Source: Ginglymostoma cirratum
Lineage: Eukaryota
Direction: 5' to 3'
Length of the DNA: 64,000 bases
Assembly: GCA_024137785.1 (NCBI GenBank)
Contig: JAHRHZ010000080.1
Coordinates: forward strand, 21,262,504 to 21,326,503
The notes below the pieces were generated by a model. It worked only from the letters and a program-made list of their open reading frames with translations, did not search any database and had not been told where the DNA came from. Of the stretch, positions 1-11,882 are shown piece by piece (the first letter of the stretch is position 1; each line of letters opens with the position of its first letter). The position numbers and the translations under genes are program-made.

Positions 1-1229
1 ACAGCTAGTCAGTGTGAAGTGATATATAAATTACAGTCTTCCTTTACAATAAAAATTTATGCGGTACTATATTGGGAATTATCATGTTGGCACAAAATTC
101 CTCCTCCTGTTGCAGTGTAAAGTTTCTTATTCAGCATAGAGCAGAGAGGTTAGCAACACACTGGACAACTCACTGAACTATTTCTACAGTATCAATTCAG
201 TTAAACATTTTATTTAATCATTATTGCTTCTGTTCCTTTTATTCATTTTTTAAAAAAAATTGGGAGGGAAAAGGACAAATACAAAGAAATGATTAACTGA
301 CACTAAGCTGTCAATTTAATTGAGGTGAGAGAGAGAGAGACGAGGGAAGAATATTCTCAAGGACCGGGGAAAGGTTCAATCAAAGAAGGAGATGGTGTGA
401 TGTGTGTTTAACAATGAGGAAGCACTAGATAGTACAGTTAGAGCTTGGTAAGAAGAAAATCCTTATTGTTAAAAGATCACATTTTCAGAATATTTTCTCC
501 GATTGAAAAAGCAACTAAATATGATCAGTGATCAACGATTATGTTGCCATTTGTTTTAAGGTCAAAGTGCAGTGAGAATGTTCATATTTAATTCCTTTAA
601 CTCTGGCCATTTGCACATCCCTGATTTTAATTGCTGCACTATAGGTGGTCGTGCTTTCAGCCTCTTGACCTCTGAATTCTGGAATTCTTCCTATAAACCT
701 GTGTCATCCTTCAAAGCAATATCTATAAGCCTTTTTTCACATGCTTCATGTGGTTCTGTGTCATATTTTGCCTTATAAAGCATCTTTGGTCATTTTTGCT
801 ATGTTAGTTTTTTTAAAAACGAAGTTGTAGTTGTCTTTGTAAATCAATCAGCAGTGAATCATACGGAGGACAGCTCCTCTCCATGGTTCTATTGAGTAAA
901 TACAGCACACAATTGGGTGCAGTGCAGTTTCTAATTTTGGTCGCCATCTACTACTGGGAATCATTCCAGACTTGGTTGTGACGTCCCATACAAACAAATT
1001 GTCTGCCATCACTCAGCTAATTTTAACCAAACTCATGAATATAAAGTACAACGTAAAAACAGGCCTTCGAGTCAAGTAGTCAGCTGTCAGCTTTGACTCT
1101 CCACATGAGCAAAGAATAGTTAATACCTCTACCCCAGGTCAGGCTTTGGGACACTACCTGTTCCCATATTCCTTCATCCATCCAGCAAATCTAATCAATG
1201 TTTCTGCCACAGCCACTGGTGTATAGAGT

Positions 1230-1600
1230 AGAACGAAGCTTTTTGATTGAAACATAAAATCTTGAAGGGTCTTGACAGGGTCAATATGGAAAGGATATTT
1301 CCTTTTGTGGGAACAATTAAAACTAGGGGTTACCTATTAAAGACAGAGATGCAGGGACATTTTCTCTCACAGACAGTGGTGAATTGTGGAACTCAATTCC
1401 TTGAAAGACAGTGGAAGCAGTCTGTGAATATTTTTGAAACAGAAGTAGATAGATTCTTGACAGAGGCAGGGGATGTGGTAACGGATTATTGGGAGTAGGT
1501 TGGAATGTGCAATAATCAGAAAGACATGGTCTCATTGAAGGAAACAACATGACTGAAGGTCTGGGTTGCCTACAGCATCTTTAATTTGCATGTTTATATG
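1230..1600 (+). mobile_element. CR1-type LINE 3' fragment
   Basis: KILKGLDRVNMERIFPFVGTIKTRG is the typical CR1 ORF2 C-terminus. Confidence 0.75.
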
Positions 1601-1654
1601 TACAACCACTGACAGGAATTGAATTTCTCAGCTTTGTAACACTCCTTGTGTTAC

Positions 1655-2120
1655 TCTTTTTTTATATTTGAATGGGATATAGGCATCGCTGCCAAACTCA
1701 GCATTTATTGCACATCCTCGATAGTCCTGGAGAAGGTGGTGTGAGTTGCCTCCTTGACCTGCTGCTTGCGGTGTAGGGACACCCACGGTGTTGTTAGAGA
1801 CTGTCCAGCAGTTTGTCCCGGTTACAATGAAAGAACAGTGATTAGTTCAAGTCAAGATGGTAAGTGGCTTAGAGGTCAATTTGCAGGTGGTGGTATTCAG
1901 ATTCGTCTTCTTCCTTTGCTCTTAAATGATACAGGTTGTGGGTTTTTGGAGAAGCTTTAGTGAATTGCTGCACTGCATCTTGTAGACAGCACAATTGTTG
2001 CCACTGTGTATCAGTGCCGAAGGGAATAAAGAAGCTGCTTTATCCTGGATGATGTCAAATTTTCTGTTGTTGGAACTGCACTCATCTGGGCAAATGGAGA
2101 GTATTCCTGACTTGTGCCAT
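1655..2120 (-). mobile_element. L2/CR1-superclade LINE 3' fragment
   Basis: Reverse complement of the LINE tail seen at 8085-9655 (gcatttattgc...gaaggtggtgtgagttgcc). Confidence 0.65.
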
Positions 2121-4269
2121 GGTCTTTGTTCTAAATGTCCAAAGATTTAAGGATCAAAGTCCATTTGTTCCTGATCCCTTGACTATTGGAGAGAGACTGC
2201 TCCTATTTACTCTCTCCAATTATTGTGGTTAGTCATTTATAGCACAGTACCTCTAACCTGTATTCCTTGAACAAAAAATGAAAAATCATCACTAGTTGTA
2301 ATTGAGGATGGCCTCTGTCTGTGTGGAAATATAATTTGTGTTTGCACTCAAGTCACATACATGTTGTGATTTGCTTAGGAGGGGATGTCATTGTACTTTG
2401 AATGGGAGAAAAGCAAACGTTCTCATGTTGAATTTAACGGCACACCTGAGAATTACTGATTCCATTGATTAGACTCAGCTGCAAACAAACATCCGCAATC
2501 AATCTGAAATTTCCAAGCTTGCAAATTAATACAACAGACATCTACCAAATTTCAGCAAGCTATAAATACTGCTGTGACCTTGAAACAGCTTCCTCTCTGG
2601 TGGGGAGCTCTGCTTCTGGTACAGACCAGTGCAGCTGATAGCTCCATTGCTTGTTAAGAAGCTGAGCTGCGTGAGCAACAAGCTTCCAGTCATTTTTCAA
2701 AATTCATTCACAGGAAATGGTGATTTTTGGCAAGACTGGCACTACTGCCCTTAAAAGGTGTGAACAAATTTATTGGGTACAGCTAAGTTACTTGTGAGGT
2801 CATTTCAAGGGGGAACTTATGAGTCAACCATGTTTCTATGGGTCTGGAGTCACATGTAGACTGGGCTAGATAAGGATATCTGATCTCCTTGTAGATGCTA
2901 TTAGTAAGCTAACTAAGTTTTTACAACAGTCTTGATCACCATTACTAATACTAGCCTCTTATTGCAGCTTTATTTGCTAATTGAAGGAAAATTCAGTAGA
3001 TGCTTTGGTGGGAACTGAACTCATATCACATCATTACTGATTCAGTAATATAACGATAAAGATACAACATCCATATAATTCCACTCAGTACTGAGCTACC
3101 TGAACTAAGGGAGGGCACTATAATTAATGTTAGTGATTACAAGAAAGCGAAGATCATAATCAATCAGGACTCCCATTCCTATTTCCATTCACAGGAAGAC
3201 TGGAACACGTTCAGTCATAACATCCTCAAGGTTAACTCTTACAGTCCGCTTTCAGCTTAAAACAGTGGTCCTACAGGCAAAATACTGCTACCTTTGGTAT
3301 CATAACCAAGAATAGTTAATCTTCAGAAGAGAGAAAGAAAGCTGGAAAAGAAAAATCACAGGAATTTGATTTGATATGATTTATTTATTGTCATATGTAT
3401 TTTGTTACAAAATATGGTATAAAGCATTGGAAAGTGTCGCCACTTTCCAGTGCCATCTTAAAACACAAAAAAACCCCCAAAACATAGAACATAAAGGCAG
3501 AAAAATAAAGAAAAAGTGTTCAACTTTACAGTCATTCTTGTTAAGTGCTCCGCCATGGGTCTGGTAGACAGGCATGAGCCCCCTTTGCCATGCTGCTGCC
3601 ACTAGAAGTAAAGTCACCTCGCTTTGGCGCTATCTCGCCTCCACTGATGCCCTTGCCACTCAGTCCTTGCTGGACCTTGCCAATGCACCAGCCCAAACTC
3701 GACTCCACTGTCGCCATGAGTCTGTTTTGGGCCCCCTTCCCCGATGCAGCTGTTGCTGATCTTGCCTGGTCTCCTACTGGGCCAAAACTCTGTTTCTGCC
3801 ATAACATGCACTGGACACAGACCTTGCCGGGAACCCAAACTTAATTCTGCTGCAACAGCCAGGAGTTGGCATTAGGGCCATCTTGTGTCAACTGATAATG
3901 CAATTTAAGAGATTCAAGGAGGAAGTTGGAAAATTGTCAGAAAATGCATGAAATGTTACAAATACTGCTTAATGAGTTATAATATTGAAACAAGTCTCAA
4001 AACGAGCAAAAAAATCTAGAGAATTACTGTTACTTAGAAACTCTATGTGAGAGGAAAGGAAATGGGCAAGGCCCGGGGGCAGAACTCTACCAATACATAG
4101 AAAAATAGTGAGCGAACTTAGTAATGAAGTAACCAACCAGTTGACACCAGGTTTAGGGTTTCTTAAAGCCTGTGGACTGAAAAAGGCATAGAAAACTGGG
4201 GGAGATTAAAGTTGCACAGGTTTTAGGAACTGGAAAGGAATGAGCTGAAGCAGATGATTAAGTAGTAAG

Positions 4270-4850
4270 ACAATGTTTATTAATTAATATTTTATATTAT
4301 GACAAATAGCTAAAATTGCTGATGCCACACAGATAGGGAAAGTAAGTTGATAGGACGACAGAAGTCCACAAAGGGATGTAGACAAGTTGAGTGAGAGGGC
4401 AAAAATTTGGCAAATGGAGGATAATGTGGGAAAATGCATGGTAGAACAGAAAAGCAGCGTCCTATTTAAATGAAGAAAAATTGCTGAACTCAAGTGATAC
4501 AAAAGGATCTGGTGTTCTGGTACATGAATCACATTAAGTTAGTTTGCAGGATGATTAGGAGAGAAAATGGTATATTAGTGTTTATTGCAACATGACTGGA
4601 ACATAAAAGTAAGGATGTTTTGCTGCAGTAGTACAGGCTTTGGTAAAATCACATTTGCAGTACTGCATTCAGTTTAGTCTCCTTATTTCATAAAGGATGT
4701 AACTGCATTTGAAGCAGTGCAGTGAAAGTTCACTTGACTGATTCCTGGGATGATCGGCTAAACTTGTGGAGAAAGTTTGGACATATGAATTTGGTGATGG
4801 AGTAGATAATTGGGCCCCTGAGCCTGCTTTGCCATTTGATAAGATTATGA
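4270..4850 (+). mobile_element. Degraded CR1 LINE RT fragment
   Basis: aaaattgctgatgccacacagata (FADDTK-like) followed by WQM..N.GKC-like sequence. Confidence 0.65.
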
Positions 4851-4924
4851 TTAATCTGACTGGCTCCAACTCCTCTTTCCTGTTTATCCCTCCCGATACC
4901 CTTTAAATGCCTTATTGGTCACGA

Positions 4925-5065
4925 TCTCAGTTCTGAGGAAGGGTTACTCGACCTGAAACATTAACTCTGATTTCTCTTCGAAGATGCTGCCAGACCCGCT
5001 GAGCTTATCCAGAAGTTTCTGTTTTTGTCTCGGATTTACAACATCTGTAATTCTTTCAGTTTCTA
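4925..5065 (+). mobile_element. Penelope pseudo-LTR end fragment with degenerate hammerhead core
   Basis: ctgaggaagggttactcgacctgaaacattaactc...gatgctgccagacc, homologous to 38528-38626. Confidence 0.65.
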
Positions 5066-5896
5066 TTCATCTCCGCCTACTGCTCTCTGTGGAAGTGTTC
5101 AATAGATTCAAGATGTTTTGAGAGAAAAAAAAAAATCCACCTTTTTCTTTAACAGGAGACCCTTTATTTTTAAACAATGTTCCCTAATTCTAGTCTTTCC
5201 CACGAGTTAAAAAATTCTTTCAGCACCAACCCTGTCAAATCTCCTCAGAATCTAAATGTTTCAATAACAGCTCTCATTCTTTTAAACTCCAAAGGATACC
5301 CAATTGTGGTAACTCAATTTCTATTGTTGTGCTCAGTCACAAAGTTTTCAGATTCAAGCAAAACTTGAGGAAGCGTTAAAAACAGAAGGCGGCAGATTAA
5401 TTTCACTTGAATATAACTCGGTCACAGGTGAGTTTAAGAGATGCAGAGCACCATAGCGTATTGTCAAACAATAGGCTACTTATTTAAAATGCACTATGGC
5501 AAATATAATGCTGTAAAATCCACTCCACCCCTCCCCCAATGCACCAAACAGAAAACATGGACAGAATTGTTTTGTGTAAGGCATCATATTTCCAGCATGC
5601 TCTAGAACGTTTGAATACATCATCGAAAGTCTTTTTCATGATCACTTCTCCAAGCGGACTCAATGAAGAAGCCACAAAGAAAATGAGGGAAACAATATTT
5701 CCTAGTATCCCTACAAATGATGTCTCACACATGCAAAACCTACCCAACTTTTATCCTCCAGCCTGGAAAAGTAGCCCAATCAGGAGAAAGATGATTGCCT
5801 CTTTAAACAAAATTTAAATGTCTATCTCAAACCAGTCGGCTAAACCCATCCAGAAATCAACATACAGATTCACTCAAGAAAGAAACAAAGAAGTGA

Positions 5897-6532
5897 TCAT
5901 TTCTTTGACAGCTGCTCAATCAGTTTTTTCCAGCTAGCTCTCTTCTGGGTGATATAGGCTGGGGTGACAACCACCACTGGTGGCCTGTGGTCCTTCCTGA
6001 GGTATTGCTCGCAAAGAGCCTCTGCAGTGCAAATCACATACATCCCGCAATCATAGCTGTTCTTTTGAACTGGTGCTGAATCCTCAACGAAAGGCACTTC
6101 AGATTTGGTTCCCAAGAAGTGTTGCAGCTTCCTCGCTATCTGACGAGCATGACTTTCATTCATATTGCTGCAGGAATCATAGTGGCTGAAGCAGTTCCTA
6201 TCTCTGTTGTAAAACAGCAAGCTCCAGTGAGACCCACCAGCCGCCTGCACAGAATTGTCATTGACTGCGAGGAAGACCAAGCTTTTCTGTGCCAGTTCTA
6301 GTGGCTCCAGGAAGATTGCCAGCTCCTCCTGGCTGGCCATGCATTTAATAAACTGAGTAACTTCAGGACTAATGAAGCAGACTCTGCCTGACAGCTCCTT
6401 ATACTGTTCAGCAGCAAAGTATTCAAAGGCAAATGCGATGATGTGATCATTGAGCCAGTTGGGTGGGTTGAGGAGTGAGAGATCTGAGCGTCTGATTAAG
6501 CTGTCATGGTAGCTCAGTATTACTGGGTCCAT
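5897..6532 (-). CDS. SENP8: Sentrin-specific protease 8 / NEDD8-specific deneddylase (DEN1/NEDP1), complete single-exon CDS, 211 aa
   Basis: Translation MDPVILSYHDSLIRRSDLSLLNPPNWLNDHIIAFAFEYF...GGSHWSLL...HYDS...QKNSYDCGMYV matches the Ulp1/C48 family with His-Asp-Cys triad and oxyanion Gln. True ATG at 6532; acceptor tttcttgtttattttcAG puts the exon start at 6539. Confidence 0.96.
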   Translation of the reverse strand: MDPVILSYHDSLIRRSDLSLLNPPNWLNDHIIAFAFEYFAAEQYKELSGRVCFISPEVTQFIKCMASQEELAIFLEPLELAQKSLVFLAVNDNSVQAAGGSHWSLLFYNRDRNCFSHYDSCSNMNESHARQIARKLQHFLGTKSEVPFVEDSAPVQKNSYDCGMYVICTAEALCEQYLRKDHRPPVVVVTPAYITQKRASWKKLIEQLSKK

Positions 6533-6779
6533 GCTGCTCCTGAAAATAAACAAGAAACTTTAGGTACAAAAACAAAATTCGAGAGATGCTGTAAGTTTGA
6601 AATAAAAGTAGAAAAGGTTGGAAATACTCAGCAGGTTTGCAGCATCTGTGGAAAAAAAAAAGTTAATTTTTAGGTATATGATTTTTTGTCAGAACTGGGA
6701 CAAGTTAGAAATATAGTAAGTTTTGAACACATGAAGGTAGGAGAGAGGGGAGAAGAATAAAAAGGAAGGTCTTTGATAG

Positions 6780-7020
6780 GCTGGCAATCGACACTGAGAC
6801 TTGAGCATTGTAATGAGGTACTATCTTACAGATCAGTCGTGAACACAGAGCCATGTCTGGCTTCACAGATGAATGTAAAATATCGCATAGCACTATCTTG
6901 AAGTAGATTGGGAAGTCCTCCAGTGACCTGCTCAATATTCATCCCTTAAATGATATTACCAAAACAGATTTTCTGATTAGATATATCATTTCAGTTTATG
7001 AGCCCTTGCTCTATGTAAAT
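6780..7020 (+). mobile_element. Deu-domain SINE (SacSINE1/AmnSINE-like), degraded, apparently interrupted by the HE1 SINE
   Basis: cagatgaatgtaaaatatcgcatagcactatcttgaag resembles the Deu core; homologous to 47050-47480. Confidence 0.5.
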
Positions 7021-7021
7021 T

Positions 7022-7372
7022 CATAGAATCCCGACAGTATGGAAGTAGGCAATTCGGCTCATCAAGTCCACACTGACCCTTTGAGAGCATCTGACCCAGA
7101 ACTACCCCACCTCTGTCCCTGAAACCCTGCATTTCTTATAGCTAATTCATCTCAGCTGCACATCCCTGGACACTATGGGCAACAAAGCATGGCCAATCCA
7201 CCTAACGGGCACACCTTTGGACTGTGGGAGGAAATTAGAGCGTCCGGAGGAACCCCATGCAAACATGGGAGAATGTGCAAACTCCACACAGACAGTGGTC
7301 TGAGGGTGGAACTGCACCCGGGTCTCTGGTGCTGTGAGGCAGCAGTGCTAACCACTGAGCCACTATGCTGCT
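7022..7372 (-). mobile_element. HE1-like tRNA-derived V-SINE
   Basis: Minus strand: gcagcatagtggctcagtggttagcactgctgcctcacagc (A box), then V-domain gtggagtttgcacattctccc...ctcccacagtccaaag. Confidence 0.85.
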
Positions 7373-8084
7373 CATATGCCAAATTGGTTATGTTTTCTAC
7401 ATTACAACACAAAATACACTGTAGAAATACTTATTTGAGGGTGAAGTGTTTTGGAACATTGTATAATTGTGAAAGGTGCTATCTAAATTCAAATCTTAAA
7501 TCTTAATGGGTACAAAAAAAACAGTACACAACAATTCACCAAGGTTCCTTCCATAGCAGCTTCTAAACCCATGAACTCTGCAACCTGAAAAGACAAGGGC
7601 AGCAGGTACACGGGAACACCATCCCCTGCAAGTTTCCTCCACGTCACATGCATTCTGAACTGGAAAGAAATTGCAGGTCTTCCACCCTAACAATAGTCTA
7701 AAATTAAGCCAATCTATTCTCAGCCTCGGTTGAGACCTCATATTCATGCCATCTCTAAGAATGCCTTCTACGGCTCCATGATATCGCTGACTTCACTCTT
7801 GTATCAGTTCATTCACTGCTGAAATGTCCATTCATGCTTTTAATGTCTCCAGTTTTGACCATTCCAAAACACTCCTGGCAGGTTCCCCACATTCTATTCT
7901 TCATAATCATGACGTGAACCAAACGACTGTTGCCTGTTTCCTCATCAGACTGTCCTTGCTAACCTTCATTGGCTCCTGGTCTGCTTTGTGTGGTTCAGAG
8001 TCATACTCTTGTTTTACAATGCATCTTGGGTCATTTCATGTTATAAGGCACTATGTTCCTTCACTGTTGCTGGGAACTCCTTTC

Positions 8085-9655
8085 TGATCAGCACGATATG
8101 ACTAACATCAGACTCCCAAAATCCTGCCCACCACCTACAAGGCACAAGTCAGGAGTGTGATGGAAGACACCCCACTTGTCTGGATGAGTGCAGCTCCAAC
8201 AACATTCAAGGAGCTTGATACTATCCAGAACAAAGCAGCCTGCTTGATTGGCACCGTATCCACAAACATTTAATCCCTCCACTCACAATGCTCCAAAGCA
8301 GCAGTGTGTACCATCTTCAAAATGCTCTGCAGTAACTCATCAAGGTTCCTTAGACAGCACTTTCCAAACCCATGACTGCTGCCATCTGGAAGGATAAGGA
8401 CAGCAGATACATGGGTACACCACCACTTGCAAGTTCCCCACCAAGCCACTCACCAAACTGACTTGAAAATATACTGCTGTTCCTTCAGAGTTGCAGGTTA
8501 AAATTCTAGAATTTCCTCCCTAACTGTGTTGTCCGTGCACCCACATCAAATGAACTGCAGCTGTTCAAGAAGCCAGCTCACCACCACCCTTTGTTTTTTG
8601 TTTTTAACTATTAACTGCTACCAGTAAATCACCCATGTAGCCAGTTAGAAGTTTACAAGCGAAGCCCATTTTAGGCAAAGCAAACTATCAAAGTGAAGGA
8701 GGGGTAAGAAGTATGGGAAAGGACTAAATCAAAATGGAGTTGGAGGGAGAAATAAAGCACTGGATCCCCTGCGGTGCCCACCTCTGAAGGTATCAAGAGC
8801 ATTGATGTACACTGTGTGCTCCTTCTCCATTGATGCCTAGGCATGAACATAACTGCTATAGAGGGGCAGACAGTCAGCAGAGATGACCCACCCCACTGCT
8901 TAGACACATAATTGTCAGCTTGGCCAGACCCATGAGCAGACCCACAAGGAGGTTCATGGATTTGCACATAGGCCTCTGCACTGCATGCCCAAAGATCAGG
9001 AGCATGGGCTGAAGTGGAACCAAAAGCAGAACAAAAGACTTTTCAAAGGGGGTGCAATTGTCCACAACCAATATATACATGGTCCATGGACTCCACAGTG
9101 CCGCATAACAAACAGTTGGGCTGGGAGTCCATGAACCACTGCAATCTGTGGTTATATGGGACTTCTGCGTGCAACACCCTCCATTCTTGGTCTCCGACAG
9201 AAAATGGGAGGTCTCCCGCACAGGCAGCCTTCCACTGGGGATCTCCACTGCCTGGCAACAAATAAGCATGCCAAGGCATAGCCAGACGGCAGATGAAGGA
9301 GTCAAGGCGCATGCAGAGCAGCAGCAGCAGCAGCTTGTACAAAAAAAAACACTTTTTGCGAGTTGAAAAGTCACATTACACATACCCAAAAGGTTGTGGG
9401 GTGTGGGTTTCTAAGGAAGGTTCAGGACCTTGGGGTCCATGTGAAATTCCATCCGAGTAGGGGTTCCACTGCACACCTGAGCATCCTCTAATTGGTGCAT
9501 GACACCACTGTTTTCAGGCAATGTATGACATTGACCATTAGCTGGATGTCCACTGCCGCCCTGCTATCACCACCACCTCAAAGACAACCATAGTTGGACA
9601 ATAAATGCTGGCTAGCCAGCAATGCCCACATCTTGCAAGTGAATGAATAAAAAAA
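8085..9655 (+). mobile_element. L2/CR1-superclade LINE 3' end, split by a nested Tx1 insertion
   Basis: TYKAQVRSVMEDTPLVWMSAAPTTFKELDTIQNKAACLIG; the tail resumes at ~9567 and ends aataaatgctggc...gaatgaataaaaa. Confidence 0.75.
8589..9566 (-). mobile_element. Tx1/L1-clade LINE 3' fragment (zf-RVT region) with A-rich tail and 11-bp TSD
   Basis: VGDQEWRVLH...PNCLLCGTVESMDHVYIGCGQL (CxxC..HxxxxC knuckle); T-rich run at 8590; TSD tcaccaccacc at 8578-8588 and 9567-9577. Confidence 0.8.
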
Positions 9656-9859
9656 ACCTACAATAGATAGACTGAGGCATTTGAAGAAAGCAGCTCAGTC
9701 AAGGGGAATTAGAAAAAAATTGCATCTCTCACCAGCAATGCTTACATCCTATTAAACTCCTTTCTGATAGTCTGTGCAATCTGCTCTCAACACCATTCAG
9801 TGGAGAGCAATTCCTGCTTTCTCAATACCGATCTTTCCAGTGAGATTAACGGCTGCTAG

Positions 9860-10042
9860 GAGATAATAAGGACTGCAGATGCTGGAATTCAGAATTGATA
9901 AAATGTTGAGCTGGAGAAGCACAGCAGGTCAGACAGCATCTGAGGAGCAGAAAAGTCAATGTTTTGGGCTAGGACCCTTGAAATGTTGACTTTCCTACTC
10001 CTCAGATACTGCCTGTGCTCCTCCAGCTCCACATTTTATCAT
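9860..10042. mobile_element. Fold-back Penelope pLTR remnant
   Basis: gataaaatgttgagctggag...gaggagcagaaaagtcaa / ttgactttcctactcctc...ctccagctccacattttatc inverted arms. Confidence 0.7.
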
Positions 10043-10739
10043 GACTAACAGCTAATTAGACACTATTCCGAGGGTGGGATTGACAGCGCAAAATGAGCTT
10101 TGTCCTTCCCCTTCACACTGACTTACAGTTCAATGACAGGTAGGTTGTACAGACTCTAATGGTGATACATAACTTGCTAAATAATCTGCCAGTCAATTCC
10201 ATCAAACTTGCTTTGTATCTCAACTCCATCTATCCATCTTGTTTCCATATCCTTTTAATACCCTGACCTAACCAAAGAGGTGAAGAAAATGCTACCTGTC
10301 TTTTCTGAGTTTGCCCAAGAGGTTGGTTTCTGGGAACACGAACTTCAGTTAAATAGTTAGAGTGGGGAAGCTGAAGCTGTTCTCCTTAAAGAGAAACAAA
10401 AGCTGAGTGAATATTTGATATAACAAGGTGTAGAGCTGGATGAACACAGCAGGCCAAGCAGCATCAGAGGAGCAGGAAGGCTGACGTTTCGGGCCTAGAC
10501 CCTTTGGGTTTTCAAAATAATGAAGAATCTGGACACAGTAGCTAGGGGAAAAAGTGTTCCATTGGCAGAAAAGTTGAAAACTAGAGACAGGTTTAAGTTG
10601 ATGAGCAAAACAACCAAAGGCTAAACTTTTTACCGTATGATATGGATCTGGGTGGGATGCTCCGAGGGTCGGTGTGGACTTGTTGGGCCTGTTTCCACAC
10701 TGTAGGGATTGAATGATTCTATAGGAGCAACATTTCTTC

Positions 10740-11410
10740 CCCCTGCAGTGATTGACAGGGCCAATACAGCAACCCCCTGCAGTGATTGACGGGGCCAAGA
10801 GCCCCACGCCTTACAATGATTGACAAGGACAAAAGCTCCACCCCCGCAGTGATCAAGTGCCGTACAGTCCCACCGTCTGTAGTGGGAGACGGCCACATAG
10901 CGCGTCTCTTTATAGGGACCGACAGGGGACAGACCTTTATCCACTGCCCGGACTGACAGGACCAAAGACACTGCGATTGACAGCCTAGGGCACGCCCCTA
11001 GCAGTGATTGACACTATGGCCCTGCCTCCAGTGGTGGTTAACAGACACAGGGCCAAGGACATTGCAATGATTGACAGTCACAGAGCCCGCCCCCACGCCA
11101 TGACCCTACGCCTTGAGCCACAGCCCTTGTAGTGATCGACAGTCGCAGACCCTGCCCTGCTCTGTGATGACAGCATTGAAGCCACACCCCCCTGTAGTGA
11201 TCGACAGTCCCAAGGACACTACCCCTGCAGCGCTTGAAAGCACCATAGTTTTCCGGCGGTGATTGATAGTCCCATTGCCGCACCTCATACAATGATTGAG
11301 AGGCCCCATGTTCCGCCCACTGCAGTGACTGACAGCCCCGGTTCCGGGCAGTAATTGACAGCCTCAGGGCTGATAACAGACATGATCCGCCGTTCCCGGC
11401 GAATGCCACT
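10740..11410. repeat. Degenerate ~32-34 bp minisatellite, about 20 units, core cagTGATTGACAG
   Basis: Cores start at 10749, 10783, 10817, 10974, 11005, 11068, 11133, 11198, 11260, 11293, 11326, 11352, with weaker copies between. Confidence 0.85.
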
Positions 11411-11520
11411 GACCGCTAATCCCTAATCCAACTGCCGCCCGTTTACTCTAGTCTTCCTAACAACCCTCGTAGCCCCAATCTACAAAATGAGAGACTTAAA
11501 ACGACGCCTGCCGATTTTAC

Positions 11521-11620
11521 CTGAACGCTGCTGCTACCTCCTTTCACACCCCTACCCCAAGCACTCGACGGCTAAGACCAAGAACGCCGCCGCTCCATGT
11601 TGGCGCGAAGCCGCTGGCGG
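11521..11620 (-). other. SENP8: Putative non-coding exon 1 of SENP8 (5' boundary approximate)
   Basis: Minus-strand donor CAG|GTAAAA at 11521/11520 inside the CpG island; would splice to the acceptor at 6540/6539. TSS not visible. Confidence 0.55.
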
Positions 11621-11799
11621 CCAGCTGCCGTAAGGCGGGAGCTGGTTTTCACGACGGTGCCGTGCCGGCAGGTGGCAGTGAAGCCTCAGAGCGCGTGCGT
11701 CTCCTCCCATCCCAGAGCTCGTGCACCTCCTCTCGCGGCTCCTGCCCCCATACCCGGCTGCAGGCGCATGCGCCGGGCGTGGATGTGGAGGGGGGAGGT

Positions 11800-11882
11800 T
11801 GGCTCGTGCCAAACGGAAGATCCGAGGGAGGTGCAAGCGAAGGGAGAGGGGTTCATTAACGGCTGTCGCCGCCGGGGCTGAG
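11800..11882 (+). other. MYO9A: Putative non-coding exon 1 of MYO9A (5' boundary approximate)
   Basis: Donor GAG|GTGAGG at 11882/11883 in the CpG island; next clear MYO9A acceptor at 61085. Confidence 0.55.

Noticed and set aside
1-300. AATAAA at 48-53 as the 3' end of a neighbouring gene (GRAMD2A by human synteny)
   Set aside because: No exon evidence in the window; the hexamer is common in AT-rich DNA.
5163-5168. Minus-strand AATAAA as the SENP8 poly(A) signal
   Set aside because: Plausible position but inside a LINE remnant; unsupported without transcript data.
6533-6553. N-terminal MFIFRSS extension of SENP8
   Set aside because: Non-ATG start running through the intron acceptor; the true start is MDPV at 6532.
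10740-11410. CRISPR-like periodicity
   Set aside because: Degenerate units with related spacers, vertebrate context, no cas genes; it is a minisatellite.
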